This document shows, piece by piece, positions 1 to 9,081 of a stretch of DNA of 13,338 nt. A program made the position numbers and the translations under genes. The stretch is from Alphaproteobacteria bacterium (GTDB lineage Bacteria > Pseudomonadota > Alphaproteobacteria > UBA6615). Each line of letters starts with the position of its first letter. The first letter of the stretch is position 1. The stretch lies in NCBI GenBank assembly GCA_965261975.1, contig CBDHEC010000058.1, positions 1-13,338 on the forward strand. The letters run 5' to 3'. Below the pieces are notes generated by a model. It was not told the origin of the DNA and searched no databases. It worked only from the letters and a program-made list of their open reading frames with translations.

Positions 1-607
1 AGGAACATCCCACGCTCGGACGAGCGCATGGCATTCACGCCGTCGGCGACAACTTTGAGCGCGTCGATATCGAGACCTGAATCGGTCTCGTCGAGGATCG
101 CGATCCGTGGCTCAAGCGCTGCCATCTGGAGCATCTCCATGCGTTTCTTCTCGCCGCCGGAGAACCCCACATTGACCGCCCGCTTGAGCATGTCGTCCGA
201 GATGTTCAGGTCGGTCGCGCGCTCGCGCACATACTTGACGAAATCCATCGGATCGAAGGCCGCCTCACCTCGATGCTCGCGCACCGCATTCACCGCCGTA
301 CGCAGGAAGGTCATGCTTGTGACACCGGGAATTTCGACCGGATACTGGAACGCCAGGAACACCCCCTCGCGGGCGCGTTCATCGGGGTCCATCTCGATCA
401 CATCCTTGCCATCGAACAGGATCTGGCCGTCCGTCACCTCGTAGCCGGCACGCCCGGTCAGGACATAGGAAAGCGTGCTCTTGCCCGACCCGTTCGGCCC
501 CATGATCGCATGCACCTCGCCGGAATCGATGGTCAGGTTCAATCCATTCAGGATTGCCTTTCCGTCGACCGTCGCGTGCAGGTTGCTTGAATTTCTAGCA
601 ATGCCAT
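1..607 (-). CDS. sufC: Fe-S cluster assembly ATPase SufC (3' end outside window; apparent frameshift at about 586-592)
   Basis: Manual translation. ATG at 607 after SD-like GGAGAAG gives MALLEI, then a different frame gives SNLHATVDGKAILNGLNL...HAIMGPNGSGKSTLS (Walker A)...FLAFQYPVEIPGV (Q-loop)...NVGFSGGEKKR (ABC signature)...AILDETDSGLDIDAL (Walker B/D-loop). Open to position 1. Starts 16 bp after the sufB stop. Absent from the ORF track. Confidence 0.95.
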
Positions 608-623
608 TTCAAATACTTCTCCG

Positions 624-2095
<1,472 letters not shown>

Positions 2096-2112
2096 AACGT
2101 CCTTCCAGCTTC

Positions 2113-3297
2113 CTATTCGGCGGCCCGCACAGAGCTGTCGCCCTGCTGCGCGCCTACAGCCGCGGCGATTAAATTCGCCGCAGTATCGACTTCCGTTTCC
2201 GTGGTGAAACGGCCAAATCCAATTCGAATGCTCGCACCGGCGAGGGCATCATCGAGGCCGAGCGCGCGCAGTACGTAAGATGGTTCGACTGACGCCGAAG
2301 TACAGGCCGAACCCGTGGAAATCGCGACCGAATCCAGCGCCGTCATGAGGACCTCGGCATCGATACCGGGGAACCCGACATTCAGATTTCCCGGCACGCG
2401 ATGATCCATCGATCCGCTCACGAACAAATCGGCATGTGATGCACGTAGCTTGTCGAGCATCGTTGCGCGCAATCCGGTCAATCGAGAGCCCTCAGTGGCC
2501 ATTTCTGCTGAAGCAATGGCGGCCGCCTCGCCCAGTGCGATGACCAGCGGCACGGGAAGCGTACCCGAGCGGTTGCCGCGCTCCTGGCCGCCGCCACTAA
2601 TCTCCGCAAGCAGGCGGGCACGTGGCCGGCGGCGCACATAGAGCGCGCCGATGCCCTTGGGTGCGTACATCTTGTGACCCGAGATACTGAGCAGATCGAT
2701 CTGCATGGCATCCACATCCAGCGGGATCTTGCCTGTCGCCTGGGCCGCATCCGTGTGCAGCAGCACGCCGCGCGCGCGGCACAAGGCACCCAGCTCCGTC
2801 AACGGCTGGACCACGCCGATCTCATTGTTCACGGCCATGACCGAGACGAGCACGGTGTTGTCCGTAAATGCAGCCGCGACCAATTCAGGATCGACCAAAC
2901 CATCGGGGCCAACCCCGATGATCGTGACCTCAGCGCCTTCGTCGGCCATCGCCGCACAAGATTCGAGAACGCATTTATGCTCGGTCGTCACGGTGATGAT
3001 GTGGTTCCCGCGGCCATGGCGCATGGCGAAACGCACAGCACCCTTGATGGCCAGATTGTTTGATTCGGTCGCACCGGACGTGAAAACGATTTCCCGCGCG
3101 CTGGCGCCGATCAATGCGGCCACCTGTTCGCGGGCAACATCCACGGCCTCGGCGGCCTGCCGGCCCCACACATGCTGCTCGGAATGGGCATTCCCGAAGG
3201 TTTCGCTGAACCAGGGCAGCATCGCATCGAGCACGCGCGGATCCACCGGCGTGGTCGCCTGATGATCGAGGTAAATCGCTGTCGGCGCCGGGCTCAT
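2113..3297 (-). CDS. iscS: Group I PLP-dependent cysteine desulfurase, IscS-like, 394 aa, short C-terminus
   Basis: [40 protein letters not shown] (PLP Lys), GGGQERG and STGSACTS (catalytic Cys). Start placed at ATG 3297 rather than 3396 because of an upstream GGAGG and an ATGA overlap with the upstream stop. Confidence 0.92.
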   Translation of the reverse strand: MSPAPTAIYLDHQATTPVDPRVLDAMLPWFSETFGNAHSEQHVWGRQAAEAVDVAREQVAALIGASAREIVFTSGATESNNLAIKGAVRFAMRHGRGNHIITVTTEHKCVLESCAAMADEGAEVTIIGVGPDGLVDPELVAAAFTDNTVLVSVMAVNNEIGVVQPLTELGALCRARGVLLHTDAAQATGKIPLDVDAMQIDLLSISGHKMYAPKGIGALYVRRRPRARLLAEISGGGQERGNRSGTLPVPLVIALGEAAAIASAEMATEGSRLTGLRATMLDKLRASHADLFVSGSMDHRVPGNLNVGFPGIDAEVLMTALDSVAISTGSACTSASVEPSYVLRALGLDDALAGASIRIGFGRFTTETEVDTAANLIAAAVGAQQGDSSVRAAE

Positions 3298-4415
3298 GCC
3301 ACCGACCTCCGCGTCGTTGCGGCCGGATTGCGCCGGCCTGCCATCGCGGTCCAGGCGTCGACAAACCTGTCGATATCCAGCGCGGTCGAATTCCATCCCA
3401 ACGAGACCCTGATCGCCGCTTGCGCCGAGGCATCGTCCTGTCCCATCGCACGCAACACATGGCTGGGCGCTACTTTGCCGCTCGAACAGGCCGAGCCCGC
3501 GCTCACCGCCACACCAACCAGGTCGAGTTGCATCACCTGGATTTCCGCAGTCATTCCCGGCAGGCCGATACAGCTCGTGTTCGGCAACCGGGTGCCATCA
3601 ACGCCATGGAAAACGACATCCGGCACGGCGGCACGCAGCCGGCTTTCGAGATCATCGCGAAGCTCGGCGAGCCTTGCGTACACTTCCAGATCATCTTTCG
3701 TCTTGCGGGCCGCCGCACCAAACCCCGCGATCCCCGCGACATTTTCGGTTCCGGCGCGACGGCGCCGTTCCTGTCCGCCGCCACGCAGCAGAGGTTCTGG
3801 GTCGAGACCGTCACGCACAACAAGGGCCCCCACGCCCTGCGGTCCACCAAGCTTATGCGCGGAAAGGCTCATCATATCGACGCCGAGAGCCTCGAAGGAT
3901 ACATCGACCTTGCCGGCCGCCTGGATGGCGTCACAATGCACCGACGCACCATGTTCGCGTGCCAGGCGCACGACATCACGGATCGGCTGCACGACACCCG
4001 TCTCATTGTTGGCCAGCATCACAGAGACCAGCGCCGGGCCGTCGCAGCGCTCCAGCATCTCGCGCAAACGCTCCAGCGAGAGAACGCCATTGGCGTCCAC
4101 ATCAACGAACTGCGTATCGTCCCGCGCGCCGAGCACGGAATCATGCTCAACCGCCGAGACAAGCAGGGGGCCATCAAATCCTCGAAGGGCCTGGTTGTTC
4201 GCTTCCGTACCGCCCGAGGTAAAAACAACATTCGCAGGCGCGCTCCCGACCAACGACGCCACGGATTCGCGCGCCTCGTCCAGCGTGTGGCGCACCAACC
4301 GACCGAACCGATGCACCGACGACGCATTGCCATGCTGGGTCAATGCGCGCGCAACCGCGTCAGCCGCCTCGGGCCGGACGGGGGTTGTCGCATTGTGGTC
4401 GAGATAGGTGTCCAA
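3294..4415 (-). CDS. Group I cysteine desulfurase, short NifS/IscS-like type, about 373 aa
   Basis: YLDHNATTP, FTSGGTEANN, EHDSV, HCDAIQ, SAHKLGGPQG (PLP Lys), GGGQE, AGTEN and SAGSACSSG (catalytic Cys). Likely TTG start at 4415, 17 bp after the iscR stop. The track start at 4565 overlaps iscR and is unlikely. Confidence 0.92.
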   Translation of the reverse strand: MDTYLDHNATTPVRPEAADAVARALTQHGNASSVHRFGRLVRHTLDEARESVASLVGSAPANVVFTSGGTEANNQALRGFDGPLLVSAVEHDSVLGARDDTQFVDVDANGVLSLERLREMLERCDGPALVSVMLANNETGVVQPIRDVVRLAREHGASVHCDAIQAAGKVDVSFEALGVDMMSLSAHKLGGPQGVGALVVRDGLDPEPLLRGGGQERRRRAGTENVAGIAGFGAAARKTKDDLEVYARLAELRDDLESRLRAAVPDVVFHGVDGTRLPNTSCIGLPGMTAEIQVMQLDLVGVAVSAGSACSSGKVAPSHVLRAMGQDDASAQAAIRVSLGWNSTALDIDRFVDAWTAMAGRRNPAATTRRSVA

Positions 4416-4432
4416 GGTCTGCTCGATTTCGT

Positions 4433-4900
4433 CTATTCGGCTGCAATTTCGGAGAATGCCGCGGCGGGTGTGCGCTGCGGCTGGGCATAGACCCTTCCCT
4501 CGCAAACATCCGCCAGGCTGACGGAGTTCAGATAAGTGTGAATCTGATGTCCCAGCTCTTCCCACAGATCATGGGTCATGCAGCGGCTGGTGCGCTGAAC
4601 GCAGCCCTTCGCGGCTCCCGGCTTGCAACCCGTGGTGCGGATCGGCTCATCGACAGCGGCAATCACATCGGCAATTCGAATTTCCTCGGCGGCGTAGGAA
4701 AGCTTGTACCCGCCACCGGGGCCTCGAACGCTCGTGACCAGCCCCGCACGGCGCAACTTCGCGAAAAGCTGTTCCAGGTAGGACAGTGAAATCTCCTGCC
4801 GGCCGGCGACCTCGGCAAGTGCGACCGGACCCAGTGCGCCGAACTGCGCCAGGTCGACCATCGCCATCACGCCGTAGCGTCCTTTGGTGCTGAGTTTCAC
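4433..4900 (-). CDS. iscR: Rrf2-family Fe-S sensing regulator IscR, 155 aa
   Basis: MKLSTKGRY, ISLSYLEQLF (E43), SVRGPGGGY, and candidate cluster ligands C92, C100, C107 and H110 (C-x7-C-x6-C-x2-H, in CMTHDLW). GTG start with AAGGAG SD. Lies directly upstream of the desulfurases. Confidence 0.93.
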   Translation of the reverse strand: MKLSTKGRYGVMAMVDLAQFGALGPVALAEVAGRQEISLSYLEQLFAKLRRAGLVTSVRGPGGGYKLSYAAEEIRIADVIAAVDEPIRTTGCKPGAAKGCVQRTSRCMTHDLWEELGHQIHTYLNSVSLADVCEGRVYAQPQRTPAAAFSEIAAE

Positions 4901-4939
4901 GATCGATCTCCTTTTTCGTTTCCGTGCACGAACGTCGGC

Positions 4940-5689
4940 TCAGTAGGACGTCGTGGGCTTGTCGGAATCAGATTCTTTTTCGGCGGATGCGCGACGCAAC
5001 TGGATGCGCTCCTCCAACTCTCGCTCGAGCTCCTGCACACGCATACGCAACGTGCTGATCTCGTCCAGCATGGCCCCCATCGCCTTGGCATCCGGGTCCG
5101 GGATGTCGTCAGTCGGCGTTCCATAGGCTGAGAACTGGTCGGGCGAACAGGACGATGTCGCCACCGGCTGGGCGGGAATTCCGACGACCGTGCAGTTCTC
5201 CGGCACGTCCTTCACCACAACCGCGTTCGCACCGACGCGGGCGTTCCGTCCGACGGTAACGGGCCCCAGCACCTGAGCGCCCGAACCGATAATGGATCCC
5301 GAGAGCAACGTGGGATGCCGCTTCACATCCACCTGCGCGTCGCTTTCGACGGCCGGGGCGATGCCACCCAGCGTGACGTTGTGATAGATCGTCACGTCGT
5401 CCTCGATCTCGGCCGTTTCACCGATGACAACCCCGATGGCGTGATCGATTACCAGCCGATTGCCGATCTTGGCGCCAGGATGAATATCCACGCCCGTCAG
5501 GAACCGTCCGATGTTGCCCACGAAGCGTGCGAGGGTCGTCAATCGGATCGACCATAGCCAATGCGCGAGGCGAAACCAGACCACCGCATGGAAGCCCGGA
5601 TAGCTGATCGCAACCATGATTCGAGAGCTTGCTGCCGGGTCGCGTTCCAGATACGCGCCCAGATCGTCAAAGAGATGCTTGAAGACCAT
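4940..5689 (-). CDS. cysE: Serine O-acetyltransferase, 249 aa
   Basis: RDPAA, YPGFHA, TGVDIHPGAKIG, IDHAIGVVIGETA, VTLGG, KRHPT and GANAVVVKDVP hexapeptide repeats. AAAGGT SD upstream. Confidence 0.95.
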   Translation of the reverse strand: MVFKHLFDDLGAYLERDPAASSRIMVAISYPGFHAVVWFRLAHWLWSIRLTTLARFVGNIGRFLTGVDIHPGAKIGNRLVIDHAIGVVIGETAEIEDDVTIYHNVTLGGIAPAVESDAQVDVKRHPTLLSGSIIGSGAQVLGPVTVGRNARVGANAVVVKDVPENCTVVGIPAQPVATSSCSPDQFSAYGTPTDDIPDPDAKAMGAMLDEISTLRMRVQELERELEERIQLRRASAEKESDSDKPTTSY

Positions 5690-5766
5690 GTCGACCTTTA
5701 TGATATAGAGCGCTCTGCATCGCTCTTCCCGCCGGATTGATCACGCCAATGCGTGTCTGAAATCGG

Positions 5767-5796
5767 GATATATGATGCCCGAGTAAATTGGTCAAG
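5767..5796 (-). promoter_or_regulatory. Putative sigma70 promoter of the cysE-iscR-desulfurase-suf operon
   Basis: Minus strand reads TTGACC-N17-TATATC (5795-5790, 5772-5767). Equivalently CTTGAC-N17-ATATAT, against the rhizobial RpoD consensus CTTGAC-N17-CTATAT as I recall it. Lies about 80 bp upstream of the cysE ATG. Confidence 0.7.
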
Positions 5797-5799
5797 TAT
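5775..5799 (-). promoter_or_regulatory. Type 1 IscR binding site
   Basis: Minus strand ATACTTGACCAATTTACTCGGGCAT fits the type 1 consensus ATASYYGACTRwwwYAGTCRRSTAT, covers the -35 element and spacer, and heads an operon that encodes IscR. Confidence 0.85.
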
Positions 5800-5820
5800 T
5801 TGGCCAAAGTCCCTGGGAAT
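5796..5820 (+). promoter_or_regulatory. Possible second, degenerate IscR site in inverted orientation
   Basis: GTATTTGGCCAAAGTCCCTGGGAAT matches the first site (read on the minus strand) at 16 of 25 positions by hand alignment and overlaps it by 4 bp. Confidence 0.4.
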
Positions 5821-5889
5821 CCGGACACAAACATCCGATTCCATAGCTCTGTCATTTGCCGCATTTTATCGGCGCAATGGGAACAAGAT

Positions 5890-6606
5890 ATGCCTGAAGT
5901 CATTATCAACGGCCCCGAAGGTCGCCTCGAAGGCCGTTACTACCCGGCAAAAGTTCCAAATTCCCCGATAGCGTTGCTGTTGCATCCGCACCCGCAGCAT
6001 GGCGGCACGATGAACAACAAGGTCGTTTATCAGCTCTACCAGATGTTTGTGCGGCGCGGTTTCGCGACCCTGCGATTCAACTTTCGCGGTGTCGGACGCA
6101 GCCAGGGCAGCTTCGATCGCGGCGAAGGTGAATTGTCGGATGCCGCATCGGCCCTCGACTGGCTCCAGACCCAGAACCGGGATGCCCCGATGTGCTGGGT
6201 CGGTGGATTCTCGTTCGGCGCCTGGATCGGCATGCAATTGCTGATGCGGCGGCCCGAGATCACGGGTTTCATCTCGGTCTCTCCGCCGGCCAATATGTAT
6301 GACTTCTCTTTTCTCGCCCCGTGCCCGGCTTCCGGCCTGATCACGCATGGCGACAAGGACGACATCGTGCCTCAGGATTCGGTGACGGACCTGATCGCGA
6401 AGCTGGCGAAACAGAAAGACGTCATCATCGACTTCCAGGTCCTCAAGGGTGCAACCCATTTCTATAACGAGCACCTCGAAGAACTGGAGGGGACCGTGAC
6501 CGGGTATCTCGACCGGCGCACAGCCGAAATCGAGGCCGCGCTGGCCGCCGAGGTCGAAGAACTGGAAGACGCCGACGAGACCGACGACGACGTGGACGGT
6601 GACTAA
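5890..6606 (+). CDS. Alpha/beta hydrolase (COG2945-type), 238 aa, with acidic C-terminal tail
   Basis: MPEVIINGPEGRLEGRY N-terminus, HPHPQHGGTMNNKVV, LRFNFRGVGRSQG, nucleophile elbow GFSFG, HGDKDDIV (Asp) and GATHFY (His). Start placed at ATG 5890 because the track's TTG at 5788 lies inside the operator. Confidence 0.9.
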   Translation: MPEVIINGPEGRLEGRYYPAKVPNSPIALLLHPHPQHGGTMNNKVVYQLYQMFVRRGFATLRFNFRGVGRSQGSFDRGEGELSDAASALDWLQTQNRDAPMCWVGGFSFGAWIGMQLLMRRPEITGFISVSPPANMYDFSFLAPCPASGLITHGDKDDIVPQDSVTDLIAKLAKQKDVIIDFQVLKGATHFYNEHLEELEGTVTGYLDRRTAEIEAALAAEVEELEDADETDDDVDGD

Positions 6607-7706
6607 ACTGCCCTGAAAATCCGTCCGCCGGCCGTCGGCTTTGCCACGCCCGTCGTCGTGGGGCCGCTGAGCGGAAAACCGCGCAGGCTTCGGACGGCGA
6701 GATAGCCAAATGCCTGTGCTTCCATGGCATCACCGTCGATGCCGGCTGCCTCCGTCGGCACAACCTCCGCCCGAAGAGATTTGGCGAGCCGGCCCATCAG
6801 GGTCGGGTTCTTGCGCCCCCCGCCCGTCACCAGCCAGCGAACCGGCCGCGCCGGCAGATGTGAATCCACGCGCGATACGGCCTCTGCCGTGAACGCGGTC
6901 AGGGTTGCAGCACCGTCTTCAACCGACAGTCCTTCGACGGGCGAACAATCAAAAGTATCGCGATCGAGTGATTTCGGCGGGGATGCCCGGAAATAATCAT
7001 TGTCCAAGAGCTTCGCGAGCACGGCCTCGTCAACGCGCCCGGCCGCGGCGAGGCGGCCATCCACATCGTAGGCCTCTCCGGTGTGTCGCTGCACCCAGTC
7101 GTCGATCAGGGCGCCGCCGGGCCCGGTATCGAAGGCCAGGATATAATCGAAGAGATCATCGCGCTCGGCCCGCGCCCCGTCGCCAATCCACGTCAGGTTG
7201 GCGACCCCGCCGATGTTCAGAAAGCAGACAGGCCGATCCAGCGGCGCGCGCGCGACATGAAACAAGGGGGCAAACGGCGCACCCTGTCCGCCGGCCATCA
7301 TGTCGGCCGAGCGGAAATCGGCGACCACGTCGATCCCTGTCTCCCGCGCCAGGGTGCTGCCATCACCGATCTGTACGGTGCGGCTGTTCGCGGGATCGTG
7401 GAATACCGTATGCCCGTGAAACCCCACGACCGAAACCGACGCTGCGGAGACACCGGCTGCCGCCAGCAGGTCCCGAACGATCCCGACATGGCGAGCCGTC
7501 AATTCGGCCGCAACAGCATCATGTGGCCCCGGGGCACCAACCACCTCCCGCAGCCGTGCGCGGAATTCGGAATCATAGGGTCGGTCCAGTTGCGCGACGG
7601 GCTCGAAGGCCGACACCCCATCGGTCCGGATCAGCGCCGCGTCGATTCCATCCATCGATGTACCGCTCATCAGGCCCACGGCAAGACAGCTCTCACTCGC
7701 GCTCAT
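6603..7706 (-). CDS. anmK: Anhydro-N-acetylmuramic acid kinase, 367 aa
   Basis: GLMSGTSMDGID, GFHGHTVFH, DFRSADMMAGGQGAP, LNIGGVAN, FDTGPG, PPKSLDR, TGGGRKN and EAQAFGYLA. Divergent from tyrS, which is a common arrangement. Confidence 0.96.
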   Translation of the reverse strand: MSASESCLAVGLMSGTSMDGIDAALIRTDGVSAFEPVAQLDRPYDSEFRARLREVVGAPGPHDAVAAELTARHVGIVRDLLAAAGVSAASVSVVGFHGHTVFHDPANSRTVQIGDGSTLARETGIDVVADFRSADMMAGGQGAPFAPLFHVARAPLDRPVCFLNIGGVANLTWIGDGARAERDDLFDYILAFDTGPGGALIDDWVQRHTGEAYDVDGRLAAAGRVDEAVLAKLLDNDYFRASPPKSLDRDTFDCSPVEGLSVEDGAATLTAFTAEAVSRVDSHLPARPVRWLVTGGGRKNPTLMGRLAKSLRAEVVPTEAAGIDGDAMEAQAFGYLAVRSLRGFPLSGPTTTGVAKPTAGGRIFRAV

Positions 7707-7806
7707 GCGGCGAATCCCCTATCTCATAAGATGTGAAGATATACACGCTGGTGGTTCAGATGTGTTAGTGAACGCCCGCTTTGCCCGTCAGGCCGGTTGA
7801 GAAGAC

Positions 7807-9060
7807 ATGCCCGAATATAAATCAGACTTTATCAAGACCCTGACCGAGCGCGGTTTCCTGCACCAATGCACGGACATCGACGCCCTCGATAAACGCGCCT
7901 CGGAAGGCACCATCACAGCCTATGTCGGCTATGACGCGACAGCCGACAGCCTGCATATCGGCAATCTGGTTTCGATCATGATGCTGCACTGGCTGCAAAA
8001 GACCGGCCATCGTCCGATCGTCCTGATGGGGGGCGGCACGACGAAGGTCGGCGACCCGTCGGGCAAGGACGAAACCCGGCAATTACTGACCGACGAGAAG
8101 ATCGCCGAAAACATCGCGTCGATACGCCAGACCTTCGACAATTTCGTGTCTTTCGGAGACGGCGACAGCGATGCCATCCTGGTCAACAACGCCGATTGGC
8201 TCGACGCGCTTGAGTATATTCCGATGCTCCGCGAGATCGGTCGTCATTTCACGATCAACCGCATGCTGACATTCGATTCCGTGAAAACACGTCTCGATCG
8301 CGAACAGCCGCTAACGTTCCTCGAGTTCAACTACATGATCCTGCAGGCCTACGACTTCGTCGAGCTTGCACGGCGTCACGATTGCGCGCTGCAGATGGGG
8401 GGATCGGACCAGTGGGGCAATATCGTCAACGGGATCGATCTCGGACGCCGGATCGCCGACAAGGAACTCTACGGGTTGACCACGCCCCTGATCACGACAG
8501 CGTCCGGCGCAAAGATGGGCAAGACGGCCGACGGGGCGGTCTGGCTCAAGGCCGACAAGTTCGCACCCTATGACTATTGGCAATTCTGGCGGAACACCGA
8601 GGATGCCGATGTCGGTCGCTTCTTGAAGCTGTTCACGGATTTGCCGCTGGACGAGATTGCCCGCCTGGCGGCGCTCGAGGGCGCCGAAATCAACGAGGCG
8701 AAGAAACTACTCGCCAACGCCGCCACACGCATATTGCATGGTTCGGACGCGGCCGATCGCGCGGCACAGACATCGGAACAGACATTCGAGGCGGGTGTGA
8801 CGGCGGAGGGTCTGCCCACAACCGATCTACCACGTGGTGAACTTGAGGACGGGATCGCCCTGTTCGCGCTGATGGCCCGCGCGGGCCTGGCGTCCTCCAA
8901 CAGCGAGGCGCGCAGGCTCATCAAGGGCGGTGGCGCACGCATCAACGATATTTCGATCAATGCGGAAACCCATGAGGTCGGGGTCGATGCGATCAATCCG
9001 GACGGGGTGATCAAGCTTTCCGCAGGCAAGAAACGCCACGCGCTGATCCGCCCGGTCTAG
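7807..9060 (+). CDS. tyrS: Tyrosine--tRNA ligase, 417 aa
   Basis: [15 protein letters not shown] (HIGH motif), [34 protein letters not shown] (KMSKS motif) and a C-terminal S4-like domain ([13 protein letters not shown]...GKK). Confidence 0.98.
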   Translation: MPEYKSDFIKTLTERGFLHQCTDIDALDKRASEGTITAYVGYDATADSLHIGNLVSIMMLHWLQKTGHRPIVLMGGGTTKVGDPSGKDETRQLLTDEKIAENIASIRQTFDNFVSFGDGDSDAILVNNADWLDALEYIPMLREIGRHFTINRMLTFDSVKTRLDREQPLTFLEFNYMILQAYDFVELARRHDCALQMGGSDQWGNIVNGIDLGRRIADKELYGLTTPLITTASGAKMGKTADGAVWLKADKFAPYDYWQFWRNTEDADVGRFLKLFTDLPLDEIARLAALEGAEINEAKKLLANAATRILHGSDAADRAAQTSEQTFEAGVTAEGLPTTDLPRGELEDGIALFALMARAGLASSNSEARRLIKGGGARINDISINAETHEVGVDAINPDGVIKLSAGKKRHALIRPV

Positions 9061-9061
9061 T

Positions 9062-9081
9062 CCGCCGGGGCTGCCCTGCGG
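9062..9081. terminator. GC-rich hairpin filling the convergent gap between tyrS and the YhdP-like gene (possible terminator or RNA 3' stabiliser)
   Basis: CCGCCGGG-GCTG-CCCTGCGG gives 7 G-C pairs with one mismatch. No U-tract on either strand. Confidence 0.3.

Noticed and set aside
3172-4490. 411 aa and 356 aa plus-strand ORFs
   Set aside because: Antisense to the desulfurases, Ser/Arg/Ala-rich shadow composition, no domain signal.
5707-5716. Perfect palindrome AGAGCGCTCT next to a CTATAT in the cysE leader
   Set aside because: Only 10 bp and no matching -35 at the right spacing; plausible by chance.
5788-5889. 34 aa N-terminal extension of the hydrolase, plus small ORFs 5667..5909 and 5753..5971
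   Set aside because: They run through the operator and promoter region, and the family-typical start is MPEV at 5890.
7707-7806. T-box or riboswitch upstream of tyrS
   Set aside because: The region is only 100 bp, shared with anmK, and shows no T-box motif or terminator hairpin.
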